Assembly (NCBI GenBank): GCA_043819095.1
Contig: JBDRFF010000020.1
Span: forward strand, 35,890 to 99,889
Direction of reading: 5' to 3'
From: Candidatus Omnitrophota bacterium
GTDB lineage: Bacteria > Omnitrophota > Gorgyraeia > VGKH01
Length of the DNA stretch: 64,000 nucleotides
Shown here: piece by piece, positions 1-8,933 of the stretch
Numbering within the stretch: position 1 is the stretch's first letter
How the letters are laid out: every line of letters begins with the position of its first letter
Position numbers and translations under genes: made by a program
The notes under the pieces: model-generated
What the model was told of the DNA's origin: nothing
The model's input: only the letters and a program-made list of their open reading frames with translations
The model's database searches: none

Positions 1-502
1 TATTTCTCTCCTGAAATCCTCTTACGATATCAACAGCAGTTTTGTTATCCGGGGCTGCACCTAATATAGCTGCGAAACCAGGAAGTCTTCCGTCGACTAA
101 CTGAATGCCTAAAGAACGAATTATCGTATCGGTGAAAAATCCATTACAATCTACTTGAGGCTCTTCATTATAAAGATAACGCAGAACCATAATAATCTCT
201 TCACAAAGTAACGTAGCAATCCCCGCATCTAATACTCCTCCTAAATAAGGCAACCAGATCTTATCCGATGGAACCTCAGGTAAAAGCGACCTAGCATGTT
301 CTAATATTTCTTTTGCGTCCTTTAAAGTCTTCGCCTCTTTTGCCATTAAAGCATTTGCCATCGGCAAATAAAAAGCTGTGCTTGGAAATTCAATTTTCTG
401 CGACTCGCTTTTCTCTTCAATAGCTTTATTGAGTTTGGATTCCGATTCCTTAAAAATCTGATGAGCGCCTCTAATTACAGCCTGAGCGACTATCTTAGAC
501 AT
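1..502 (-). CDS. acsB: Acetyl-CoA synthase (CODH/ACS complex), N-terminal part, truncated by window edge
   Basis: Hand translation from ATG at 502: MSKIVAQAVIRGAHQIF...FPSTAFYLP...LPYLGGVLDAGIATLLCEE...IIRSLGIQLVDGRLPGFAAILGAAP, typical bacterial AcsB N-terminus. Open to the edge, downstream of cooS; missing from the ORF track. Confidence 0.9.
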   Translation of the reverse strand, partial: MSKIVAQAVIRGAHQIFKESESKLNKAIEEKSESQKIEFPSTAFYLPMANALMAKEAKTLKDAKEILEHARSLLPEVPSDKIWLPYLGGVLDAGIATLLCEEIIMVLRYLYNEEPQVDCNGFFTDTIIRSLGIQLVDGRLPGFAAILGAAPDNKTAVDIVRGFQERN

Positions 503-1793
503 AAGTCCTTTCTTCCTCTCTTACTAAATCTCTGATATCAGCGAAACTGAAGTTTTCATTTAATAATCTATCTTTAATATTGGTTATATCTATTTTTTCT
601 TTGATTAATTTTAAGAATACTCCGGACTGATTGATATTCCCAACCAAAACTGCTCCAACTAATCGATTCCCGGCTATAACTAATTTTTTATAAATCTCTA
701 AACCGGGAAAAGATTTTGATAAGATTTCTTGGTTTTCGCCTTCTTTATAAATCCCCATTGAGACAACCGGCAAATCAAAAAACTCAACTGAATTTAATCC
801 TAAAGAACCTTCGTATTTTATATTTTCACCAGCGATATTGCTTCCGGCGATTTTGCCTTGTTCAACTGCGTGCGGCCAAAGAGCATTGACTATTGGCTTA
901 TTTAATGTGATATCAAAAGTCTCGCAGACATCGCCTGCAGCGTAGATATTTGGAATATTTGTCTTCATGTTTTCATCAACACAAATTCCATCACTGATTT
1001 TTATCTCGGTCTCAGAAATTATATCAGTGTTGGGTTGAACACCTTTTGCTACAACCACAATCTGACAAGCAATAACTTTATTATTATCTAAACGCACTGC
1101 TTTAAGATCACCATTTCCGACTATTTCTGTGATGCTTCTTCCTGTCAGTATCTCAATTCCATTGTCTGATAATCTCTTCTGCACAAGTTGGGCTGCTTGC
1201 TTATCAACCACTTGAGATAAAACATAAGGCGATCTTATAATAACTTTTACATCCTTGCCTCTTTTTCTCAGACCATATGCAGCTTTTAATCCGATAAGTC
1301 CGCCTCCGGAAACACAGGCAGTATCTGCCATCGTCACTAATTGTAAAATGTCTTTAGTATCTTTTATAGTTCTAAAACCGAATACTCCTTTTTTCTTGAT
1401 TCCTTTTAATTCGGGAAATTTCGGGCTTGCGCCATTAGCCAAAAGAAGCGCATCATAATCAAGTTGTAATTTAGACGATTTTGATTTCTTATCTTCTTCT
1501 TTGTTCTCTGAAACATCTTCAGCTACAACACGATTTTTCTTAGGATCGACCCTCACTACCTTTGTGCCTAATTTAAGCTCTGCGTTCTGCTCTTTGAAGA
1601 ATTCATTGCTGCGATAAACTAACTTTTCTTCCGTCACTTTTCCGGCCAGAAAATCAGAGATAACGCATCGACAATAAGAAGGATAATCCTCATCGGATAA
1701 AACGATAATCTTTGATTCTTTATCCTTTTTTCTTATTGCCTCAACAGCGGCAACGCCTGCTGCTGAATCTCCGATAATGATTACTTGTTTCAT
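495..1793 (-). CDS. FAD/NAD(P)-dependent oxidoreductase (NirB-N/rubredoxin reductase-like, FNOR type)
   Basis: IIGDSAAG FAD motif, GGGLIG NAD motif, YAAGD; directly downstream of cooF. Confidence 0.88.
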   Translation of the reverse strand: MKQVIIIGDSAAGVAAVEAIRKKDKESKIIVLSDEDYPSYCRCVISDFLAGKVTEEKLVYRSNEFFKEQNAELKLGTKVVRVDPKKNRVVAEDVSENKEEDKKSKSSKLQLDYDALLLANGASPKFPELKGIKKKGVFGFRTIKDTKDILQLVTMADTACVSGGGLIGLKAAYGLRKRGKDVKVIIRSPYVLSQVVDKQAAQLVQKRLSDNGIEILTGRSITEIVGNGDLKAVRLDNNKVIACQIVVVAKGVQPNTDIISETEIKISDGICVDENMKTNIPNIYAAGDVCETFDITLNKPIVNALWPHAVEQGKIAGSNIAGENIKYEGSLGLNSVEFFDLPVVSMGIYKEGENQEILSKSFPGLEIYKKLVIAGNRLVGAVLVGNINQSGVFLKLIKEKIDITNIKDRLLNENFSFADIRDLVREEERTYV

Positions 1794-1809
1794 AATTATT
1801 GCTTTCTTT

Positions 1810-1989
1810 AATGAGCGCTTGACTTATGGAACAAAAGTGACATAAGTCAAATGCGCGAATTAACCCCCACTGTTTCGTTTTGGTTCGCTTTGCTTCACCA
1901 AAAGCGAAACAAAACGGTGGGGGCAAATTCAGCCAGACGACTTAGCTTCCTCCGACGATACGTCGGAATCGTTAAGTCGTGGCTTCATT
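1810..1989. repeat. Structured intergenic element, copy A (overlaps cooF 3' end)
   Basis: AATGA-GCGC-TTGACTTATG..CATAAGTCAA-AT-GCGC-GAATT-AACCCCCAC...GTGGGGGC-AAATTC-AGCCA-GA-CGACTTAGC..GTTAAGTCG-TGGCT-TCATT; homologous to four other copies. Confidence 0.9.
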
Positions 1990-2426
1990 TCCTCTTCTTC
2001 TACCCAAAGAACTGCTTTAACCGGGCAAGCCTTTACACACTGCGGCTCGCCGATATCAGTACACAAATCACATCTAACAGGAATTTTTACTTTTTTATTC
2101 GGCCTGATAGCACCATAAGGACAAACCATTACGCACATCCAGCAACCTACGCATTTATCTTCATCGTATAAAATCTGACCGGTTTTCTCATCTTTTGATA
2201 TTGCCGCAGCCATACAAGCAGCTACACATTTGGGATCCTTACAATGCCTGCAGCTCATAGGATAATTTTTATCTTTAGAAAAGGTAATCTTTATGCGTGG
2301 TAAAGATTTATCCTTCTCCTTGATCATCTTTTCCAATTCTTTGGAGACCGAATGCGAAATAGCACAGGCAAGTTCACAGGATTTACAACCTAAACATTTC
2401 TCGACGTCAAAATAAATCTTTTTCAT
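1929..2426 (-). CDS. cooF: CooF-like 4Fe-4S dicluster electron-transfer protein
   Basis: CLGCKSCELAC, CRHCKDPKCVAAC, CVGCWMCVMVCP, CDLC...CVKACP; adjacent to CODH. Confidence 0.88.
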   Translation of the reverse strand: MKKIYFDVEKCLGCKSCELACAISHSVSKELEKMIKEKDKSLPRIKITFSKDKNYPMSCRHCKDPKCVAACMAAAISKDEKTGQILYDEDKCVGCWMCVMVCPYGAIRPNKKVKIPVRCDLCTDIGEPQCVKACPVKAVLWVEEEEMKPRLNDSDVSSEEAKSSG

Positions 2427-2445
2427 ATTATTTTGGTAATTTTTT

Positions 2446-2541
2446 AACGCAGATTATCGCAAATCTAACGCAGATACACACAGATTTTATCCTTATGGAC
2501 AATCTGCGACCATCTGCGTGCAATCCGCGAATATCTGCGTT
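2446..2541. repeat. Inverted array of 9-11 bp (A)CGCAGAT / ATCTGCG(T) units
   Basis: AACGCAGAT TATCGCAAAT CTAACGCAGAT ACACACAGAT ... ATCTGCGA CC ATCTGCGT GCA ATCCGCGA AT ATCTGCGTT, flanked by T-run and A-run. Confidence 0.85.
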
Positions 2542-2557
2542 CAAAAACTATTCCCAT

Positions 2558-4489
2558 TTATTTTTTTCCTGTTTTAACTGCCTCCTGATACATCATTGGC
2601 TGCAGTTTAAGCGCCTCACGCTTTTTATTTATATGATCAATCATCATTTTTGCTGCTTTTAAAGGATCTGCCTCAAATGCAAATTTTCCTCCGCAAATAG
2701 ACTCCATATCCTCAGTCAAAAATTTAGTTACATTTTGACTCCCTAAGACAGGCATTGCCCCGCCTAAAACTGTAAACACGCCTGAAGAAACAAAATAAAA
2801 TCCGATGCTTATTGCCTTTTCCGACATCCACTCTGGCGCTGCTCCGGCTGCGGGAAGATCTGAAATATCTTCACCAAGACCCCCTTCTTTCAAAACTTCA
2901 GTTGCTGCGATTAGAATTCGACTATTATCTACGCAAGAGCCCATATGTAATACAGGCGGAATACCTACTGCTTCGCAAATTTCTTTCAAACCTTTGCCTG
3001 CTGCTTCAAATGCTGCTTCTGGCTGTAACAATCCAGCCTTACCGCAAGCGATAGCAGAGCATCCTGTCGATAAAACAATCACATCATTTTTAAGTAATTC
3101 TTTGACCAAAGTCAGATGGCCAAAATCGTGAGTAATTTTAGGATTATTGCAACCCACAACTCCTGCGATACCACGAATCCTTCCGTTAATGATAGCTTCA
3201 TTTAAAGGCTTAAAGGTGTTAAGATATTTCCCACCTAAAATGCGCGAAACTATTTCAGTTGAAATCCCTGCAATTAAATCTTTCTTTTCTTTGGGAATAA
3301 AAACTCTGTTTTTATCTCTTTTCTTATAATTCTCGATTGCCTTTTTCACAATCGATTTCATTATATTTATGGCGTCGTGTTCATCAAAGTGGATAAATGT
3401 CACGCCGGGAAACTTTGCCTTTTCCGACGTGGTAATAATCTCAGTATGAAAACATTTGGCAACATCAATCAAACCCGGCATAATACACTGGATATCGACC
3501 ATCATCATTTCTACCGCGCCTGTGGCGATGGCTAATTCCTGTTGCAGGAAATTTCCTGCTAAAGGCACTTCATGACGCATCAGGACTTCATTTGCCGTAC
3601 AGCACATTCCGGCTAAATTTATTCCAGCTGCGCCTGCTTCTTTTGCCAATTTTATCATCTCCGGGTCTTTGACCACCTGGGCTGCTGCCTCAGGAAGAAG
3701 CGCTTCGTGGCCGTGAACAATAATATTAACCTGATCCTCTTTCAATACACCCAGATTAACCGTCCCTCGTATTGGTTCGGGAGTACGCAAAAGGATATCC
3801 TGGGCTTCGGTTGCAATCATCGAACCGCCCCAGCCATCCCCAAGACTTGTCCTCATTCCGTGCAAAATTATACTCTTATATTCATTATCCACTCCAATAT
3901 GAACCCTATGCATGGCTTCAACAATTTCTCTATCAACACCGCGAGGAATAATGCCTGCCTTTTTCCAAACCGCGATTCTCTTCTTAGGAGCGCGGACGAT
4001 AAATTTAAGCGGGCCTTCCTGCGCGCCAAAATCCTCTAAAAACTTATCGCCTAAATCCGCAGCAATATCTTCTTTGGAACGACCTTCAATTTTGATACCA
4101 TACATCTTGGCCATTTCCTTTAATTTATCTTCGTCTTGAATTTTATAATCGTGGATTTTGCCTTTGCCAACTAAATGAAGCGCGTGCGCAACGCCTCTTC
4201 CGTGGTCTGAATGCGCAGCAGCTCCACAGGCAATATGGCGAAGCAAATTTCGCGCGACAATTGTGTCTGCATCGGCGCCACAAACTCCACACTGTGTGCC
4301 TTCGCCAAATGGATCAATCCTACAAGGCCCAAGATAACAATTCGTACAACAAATCCCTAACTGCCCAAAACCGCACTGCGGTTGCATTTCTTCATGTCTG
4401 TCCCAAATTGTCTTAAAAGATTCGCCTTGAATCTTTTTTAAAACTTCTTGGGTTGCTGGATCAACCGATCGCTTAGTTACATCACTCAT
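2558..4489 (-). CDS. cooS: Anaerobic Ni,Fe carbon monoxide dehydrogenase (CooS/AcsA)
   Basis: QPQCGFG..GICCTNCYLGPC (D/B clusters); HGH, GMCCT, VDIQC, VGCNN, TGCS, HMGSCVD (C-cluster ligands); WMSEKA. Confidence 0.97.
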   Translation of the reverse strand: MSDVTKRSVDPATQEVLKKIQGESFKTIWDRHEEMQPQCGFGQLGICCTNCYLGPCRIDPFGEGTQCGVCGADADTIVARNLLRHIACGAAAHSDHGRGVAHALHLVGKGKIHDYKIQDEDKLKEMAKMYGIKIEGRSKEDIAADLGDKFLEDFGAQEGPLKFIVRAPKKRIAVWKKAGIIPRGVDREIVEAMHRVHIGVDNEYKSIILHGMRTSLGDGWGGSMIATEAQDILLRTPEPIRGTVNLGVLKEDQVNIIVHGHEALLPEAAAQVVKDPEMIKLAKEAGAAGINLAGMCCTANEVLMRHEVPLAGNFLQQELAIATGAVEMMMVDIQCIMPGLIDVAKCFHTEIITTSEKAKFPGVTFIHFDEHDAINIMKSIVKKAIENYKKRDKNRVFIPKEKKDLIAGISTEIVSRILGGKYLNTFKPLNEAIINGRIRGIAGVVGCNNPKITHDFGHLTLVKELLKNDVIVLSTGCSAIACGKAGLLQPEAAFEAAGKGLKEICEAVGIPPVLHMGSCVDNSRILIAATEVLKEGGLGEDISDLPAAGAAPEWMSEKAISIGFYFVSSGVFTVLGGAMPVLGSQNVTKFLTEDMESICGGKFAFEADPLKAAKMMIDHINKKREALKLQPMMYQEAVKTGKK

Positions 4490-4505
4490 TAATTATTCCT
4501 CCTTC

Positions 4506-4663
4506 AATGACGTCATAATTTACGGAGTCCTAAGACGACGTAAATTATACGTCTGAAATGAACCCCACTTCTTGCTTTCGCAAGAAAGCAGCGGGGTAAA
4601 TTCAGCCAAACAACTTATGTTCCTCCGACGGTACGTCGGAGGAACATAAGTTGTGGCTTCATT
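4506..4663. repeat. Structured intergenic element, copy B (metF to cooS)
   Basis: AATGACGTCATAATTTACG..CGTAAATTATACGTC / AACCCC..GGGGT-AAATTC / AGCCA-AA-CAACTTATGTTCCTCCGACG-GTA-CGTCGGAGGAACATAAGTTG-TGGCT-TCATT. Confidence 0.9.
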
Positions 4664-5538
4664 TAAAGCCCTACAGCGTCTAAAATTAAAGGAACTTGTT
4701 TGTCCCAGCCCAACGGCATAAGGTGTATTCCCTGACACATGGAATTTAATTCCTTAATCAGACGCGCAGCTATCTCAACGCTCTTTTTTGGTCTATCTTC
4801 TTTGGAAACACTTTTCATTTCTTCTATCAAATTATCCGGGACATTTACTCCCGCGACATTTTCATTCATGAATTTTGCCATACCGGCAGATTTTAAAAGC
4901 ACGATTCCGGCCATAATCGGAACTTTAATATGTTTTACTTTATTAATAAAAGTTTCGAACTGTTTTATATCATAAACCGCCTGCGTCTGGAAAAATTCAG
5001 CCCCTGCGGCTACTTTTTGTTCCATTTTCATAATCTGCGGTTCAATAGGATCTGCGCCGGGATTTACCACCGCGCCTTTACAGAATTTCGGCGCCGGGCC
5101 TTGAAGATCATTACCAACCATATCCTTACCTGATTCCAATGTTTTAATAACTTCCAACAGCTGAACGCTTTCTAAATCAAACACAGGCTTTGCGTCGGGA
5201 TGATCTCCTAATGAGACATGATCACCGGTTAAAGCTAAAACATTATCAATTCCTAATGCCGCAGCTGATAATAAATCCGATTGGAGTGCTAAACGATTTC
5301 TATCCCGGCAGGTCATCTGAAATATCGGCTCGAGTCCTTTTTCCTTTAATAGACGACATACTGCCAACGAACCAAGACGCATTACAGAACTCTGCAGATC
5401 AGTTACGTTAATTGCATCAACACGGTCACGAATTAACTCGGCATCTCCTAATAATTCTTTAGTTTCGATACCTTTGGGCGGACCGATTTCAGAAGTTAAT
5501 AAAAATTTTCCTTGTTTTATTTTCTCTTTAAAAGTCAT
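4663..5538 (-). CDS. metF: Methylenetetrahydrofolate reductase
   Basis: EIGPPKG, DAINVTD, FQMTCRDRNRLALQSDLL, LTGD, GAEFFQTQAVYD. Confidence 0.93.
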   Translation of the reverse strand: MTFKEKIKQGKFLLTSEIGPPKGIETKELLGDAELIRDRVDAINVTDLQSSVMRLGSLAVCRLLKEKGLEPIFQMTCRDRNRLALQSDLLSAAALGIDNVLALTGDHVSLGDHPDAKPVFDLESVQLLEVIKTLESGKDMVGNDLQGPAPKFCKGAVVNPGADPIEPQIMKMEQKVAAGAEFFQTQAVYDIKQFETFINKVKHIKVPIMAGIVLLKSAGMAKFMNENVAGVNVPDNLIEEMKSVSKEDRPKKSVEIAARLIKELNSMCQGIHLMPLGWDKQVPLILDAVGL

Positions 5539-6383
5539 TTGGCTTGAATCTTTGTTGCTTCAACTAAATTACGCATTAACATTGTGACGGTTAATGGCCC
5601 TACGCCGCCTGGAACCGGCGTGATATATGATGCACGTTTGGAAGCTTCGTCAAATTCTACGTCTCCCACGATTTTTCCTTCAACGCGATTTATTCCTACA
5701 TCGATTACAATTGCGCCATCCATTATCCATTCGCCCTTAATTAATCCGGCTTTTCCTACGGCTACAACTAAAATCTCGGCTTTGTTTACATGTTCGATTA
5801 ATTTTCCAGCTTCTGAAGTTCCAATATGACAGACTGTTGTGGTTGCAAATTTCTCTAATAATAAAAGGCTTAAAGGTTTCCCTACGATTTCGCTATGCCC
5901 TACGATAACTACTTCTTTTCCGTAAAGATTAACTCCAGTCGCCTCAATCAAAGCCATTGCTGCCGCTGCAGTACAAGGCGCAATTCTTGCTTTACCCATT
6001 AAAACTTTTCCCAGATTTTGCGGATGCATTCCTTCGATATCTTTATCGGGTGAAATAAAACTACTGATTGCCTTATAATCTATCTGCTTTGGAAGCGGCA
6101 TCTGAACGATGATTCCGTTGACATTAACATCATTATTTAATTTCTGAATAAAATCAATTAAGCCTGGCTGATTCGTATCAGCCGGCAATCTTTCTAAACT
6201 ATATTCAATTCCTAAATTGTCTGCTGTCTTTTTCTGTGATTTGCAATAGGCTTCTGCGCCGACATTTTCACCGATGATGATGCTTGCTAAAACCGGCTTT
6301 TTGCCCAAGCTTGAAATTTCTTTCTTTAATGCCTCTTTGATTCCAGAAGCAATAATTTTTCCTTCAAGTAATTTGGCGGCCAT
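5535..6383 (-). CDS. folD: Methylene-THF dehydrogenase/cyclohydrolase
   Basis: GIIVQMPLP, KDIEG, PCTA, GHSEIVGKP, DVGIN, TPVPGGVGPLT. Confidence 0.95.
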   Translation of the reverse strand: MAAKLLEGKIIASGIKEALKKEISSLGKKPVLASIIIGENVGAEAYCKSQKKTADNLGIEYSLERLPADTNQPGLIDFIQKLNNDVNVNGIIVQMPLPKQIDYKAISSFISPDKDIEGMHPQNLGKVLMGKARIAPCTAAAAMALIEATGVNLYGKEVVIVGHSEIVGKPLSLLLLEKFATTTVCHIGTSEAGKLIEHVNKAEILVVAVGKAGLIKGEWIMDGAIVIDVGINRVEGKIVGDVEFDEASKRASYITPVPGGVGPLTVTMLMRNLVEATKIQAK

Positions 6384-6932
6384 TTATATCCTCCAAGATT
6401 TAAATTGCTGCTTAATTCTTGCGACGAATTTCTTATCTTTTATATACGGAAGATTGATTTTCACGTTTACGATTGCAGATTTGATTGCAGCGCGAAGTAA
6501 GCTGTTTGCGACATGAACATCGCTGATTAAATACTTATTTCCTTTTTTTGCTAACACCGGACAAAGATTCAATGCTTGAAAACTTAATTCGGTAATCTTT
6601 ACGGGAACAATAGTTGCTTCTTTTAAGGATTTTTGATGTAAGGCGAAAGAGATCTTTTTGTTTCGAGCAACCTTATTATAAGTTATAACATCTAAATCAA
6701 CTAATTCAAGCAACTTTTTTCTTATTTTTCCCGATTCTTTTAATGACTTTTTGATATCTTTTTGGAATTTCTTATATTTTGGTTTGCCTATGGTAAAATT
6801 TGCTACCATAGAAAGCAATGCCGCGGCTGTTGCGCCAACAAGCGCTGCAGCTGAACCGCCTCCGGGAGCCGGCTTTCTTGCCGCTAAATCATCAAGATAT
6901 TCCCTTATACTTTTATTAGCATATTTTCTCAT
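6384..6932 (-). CDS. fchA: Cyclodeaminase/cyclohydrolase family protein (FchA)
   Basis: YLDDLAARKPAPGGGSAAAL, GN..LISD, NVKINL; between fhs and folD. Confidence 0.88.
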   Translation of the reverse strand: MRKYANKSIREYLDDLAARKPAPGGGSAAALVGATAAALLSMVANFTIGKPKYKKFQKDIKKSLKESGKIRKKLLELVDLDVITYNKVARNKKISFALHQKSLKEATIVPVKITELSFQALNLCPVLAKKGNKYLISDVHVANSLLRAAIKSAIVNVKINLPYIKDKKFVARIKQQFKSWRI

Positions 6933-7255
6933 TTTATAAATTCCTCCACGTCTATGCCTCTCTTCTGGACATCATCAACCATTTTCTCCATTCGCTTTCG
7001 TTCTTCTTTGTCTTTTAACAATTTAAGAAATCTTTTTTCCATCTCCGGATTAACCTTCTCTTGTTGTTTGAACATCGACAAAAATAATACAGATAGAAAT
7101 ACTGCGAACAAAACAAGAACTGCGTCGCGAAAAAATTTACTTACTCTTATTCTTAGATGATGAGGATGTGGTTCGGCTTCTTTTTGAGGATGACTTTCGT
7201 CTTTCTTAAGTAAACTCTCCTCTTCTCTCCTAAAATAATCCTCTAATTTGTCCAT
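6929..7255 (-). CDS. Hypothetical single-pass membrane protein
   Basis: 108 aa, one hydrophobic segment (AVLVLFAVFLSVLFLSMF); overlaps both neighbours and fills the gap in the operon. Confidence 0.7.
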   Translation of the reverse strand: MDKLEDYFRREEESLLKKDESHPQKEAEPHPHHLRIRVSKFFRDAVLVLFAVFLSVLFLSMFKQQEKVNPEMEKRFLKLLKDKEERKRMEKMVDDVQKRGIDVEEFIK

Positions 7256-8921
7256 TGTCGTCGATATCTATTTTTTCCCCAGCCGGATGAGTTGGAAGCC
7301 CCGGCATCGTACGCATCTCTCCGCAAAGCACGTAAAGAAAACCAGCTCCCACAGAAGCCTTAATATCCCTTACGGGAAGAATAAAATCTTCAGGCCTGCC
7401 CTTTAGTTTAGGGTCATGTGAAAGTGAAAGATGAGTCTTAGCCATACAGATGGGGAACTTATTATATTTCAATTTTGTATAAAGCCTTACCTTTTCTTCT
7501 GCGCGCACTGAATAGAAAACGCTTTTTGCCCCATATATTTTCTTTGCGATTGTCTCTATCTTATCTTTAATTTTCATAGAATCAGGATAAAGATATTTAA
7601 AATGGCTCTTCTTATTAGCTGCTTTTGTAACGGCTCTGGCTAAATCTGTGCCGCCTTTTGAACCCTTTGCCCAGACTTCGCTTAGCGCAACATCATCGGC
7701 ACCGGCTTGCAAAGCTATTCTTTTTACCAGGTCTATCTCTTTTTTAGTATCTGTTGTAAATTTATTTACAGCCACAACGCAAGGAATCCCGAATTGTTTT
7801 ATATTCTCAATTTGCTTTTCTAAATTTGAGCTGCCTTCTCTTAATGCCTCAAGATTTTCCGATATAAGACCTTTACTCAAAGGCTTGCCGGCAACGACAT
7901 TAAATCTTCCGCTGTGCATCTTTAATGCCCGAATAGTACAAACCAGAACCGCTGCATCGGGTTTAATACCGCTATTTCTACACTTTATATTAAAGAATTT
8001 CTCCGCCCCGCAATCTGCGCCAAAGCCGCTTTCGGTGACAACAAAATCTGCTAATTTTACAGCTATCCTGTCTGCTAAAATAGAACTATTGCCGTGGGCG
8101 ATATTAGCAAACGGCCCTGCATGTACGAATACGGGGGTATTTTCTAACGTCTGAATAAGCGTTGGCTTTATCGCGTCCTTTAATAAAACAGCCATAGCTC
8201 CGGCGACTTTCAAGTCTTCTGCGGTAACTAACTTACCATTTTTTGTCATTGCTACAACTATACGCCCGATCCTTTTCCTTAAATCAGATAAATTCTCAGT
8301 AAGCGCCAATATAGCCATAATTTCACTGGCTACAGATATATCAAATCCTCCCTGACGAGGAATGCCGTCCTGTTTAGAGCCCAGACCAACAGTAATGTAT
8401 CTTAATGACCTGTCGCTCACATCAACTACCCTCTTCCAGAAAATCTTATGCATATCAAAATTAAATTTATGGCGATAGATTGCATTATCCAAGAAAGCTG
8501 CGCAAAGATTATGCGCCAGGCTGACCGCATGAACATCTCCTGTGAAATGGAGATTAAAATCTTCCATTGGGATTACTTGGGAATAACCGCCTCCGGCAGC
8601 TCCGCCCTTTATGCCGAATACCGGACCTAAAGAAGGCTGCCTAATACAGCTGATAGTTTTTTTGCCGATGCGATTAAGAGCCATTGACAACCCTATAGTG
8701 GTGACAGTTTTACCTTCACCAAGAGGCGTAGGTGTAATTGCGGTCACATCTATATATTTTGCATTCTTTTTATTCTTATTCTTTTTGATTAGATCCAAAG
8801 ACACCTTTGCCTTATAGTTGCCGTAAAACTCAAGATCACTATCCTTTATGCCAATCTTCTTGGCAATTTGCTTGATGGGCTTAATCTTTGCGTTTTGAGC
8901 AATTTCTAAATCTGAAAGCAT
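7230..8921 (-). CDS. fhs: Formate-tetrahydrofolate ligase
   Basis: TPTPLGEGKT, GIKGGAAGGGYSQ, HAGPFANIAHG, MPGLP; AAGGAGG RBS. Confidence 0.97.
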   Translation of the reverse strand: MLSDLEIAQNAKIKPIKQIAKKIGIKDSDLEFYGNYKAKVSLDLIKKNKNKKNAKYIDVTAITPTPLGEGKTVTTIGLSMALNRIGKKTISCIRQPSLGPVFGIKGGAAGGGYSQVIPMEDFNLHFTGDVHAVSLAHNLCAAFLDNAIYRHKFNFDMHKIFWKRVVDVSDRSLRYITVGLGSKQDGIPRQGGFDISVASEIMAILALTENLSDLRKRIGRIVVAMTKNGKLVTAEDLKVAGAMAVLLKDAIKPTLIQTLENTPVFVHAGPFANIAHGNSSILADRIAVKLADFVVTESGFGADCGAEKFFNIKCRNSGIKPDAAVLVCTIRALKMHSGRFNVVAGKPLSKGLISENLEALREGSSNLEKQIENIKQFGIPCVVAVNKFTTDTKKEIDLVKRIALQAGADDVALSEVWAKGSKGGTDLARAVTKAANKKSHFKYLYPDSMKIKDKIETIAKKIYGAKSVFYSVRAEEKVRLYTKLKYNKFPICMAKTHLSLSHDPKLKGRPEDFILPVRDIKASVGAGFLYVLCGEMRTMPGLPTHPAGEKIDIDDNGQIRGLF

Positions 8922-8933
8922 TTGACCTCCTTC

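Noticed and set aside
1810-1989. Cloverleaf-like repeats as tRNA genes or riboswitches
   Set aside because: No TTC T-loop, D-loop GG, anticodon arm or CCA. Arms are too long, copies precede functionally unrelated genes, and no aptamer consensus was recognised.
2446-2541. Possible CRISPR array
   Set aside because: Units are 9-11 bp, inverted, without unique spacers, and there are no cas genes.
4520-4738. 72-aa minus ORF, and the ORFs at 1741-1926 and 8922-9143
   Set aside because: Chance reading frames through the repeat elements; NEATTY also appears at the QueH end because it is element sequence.
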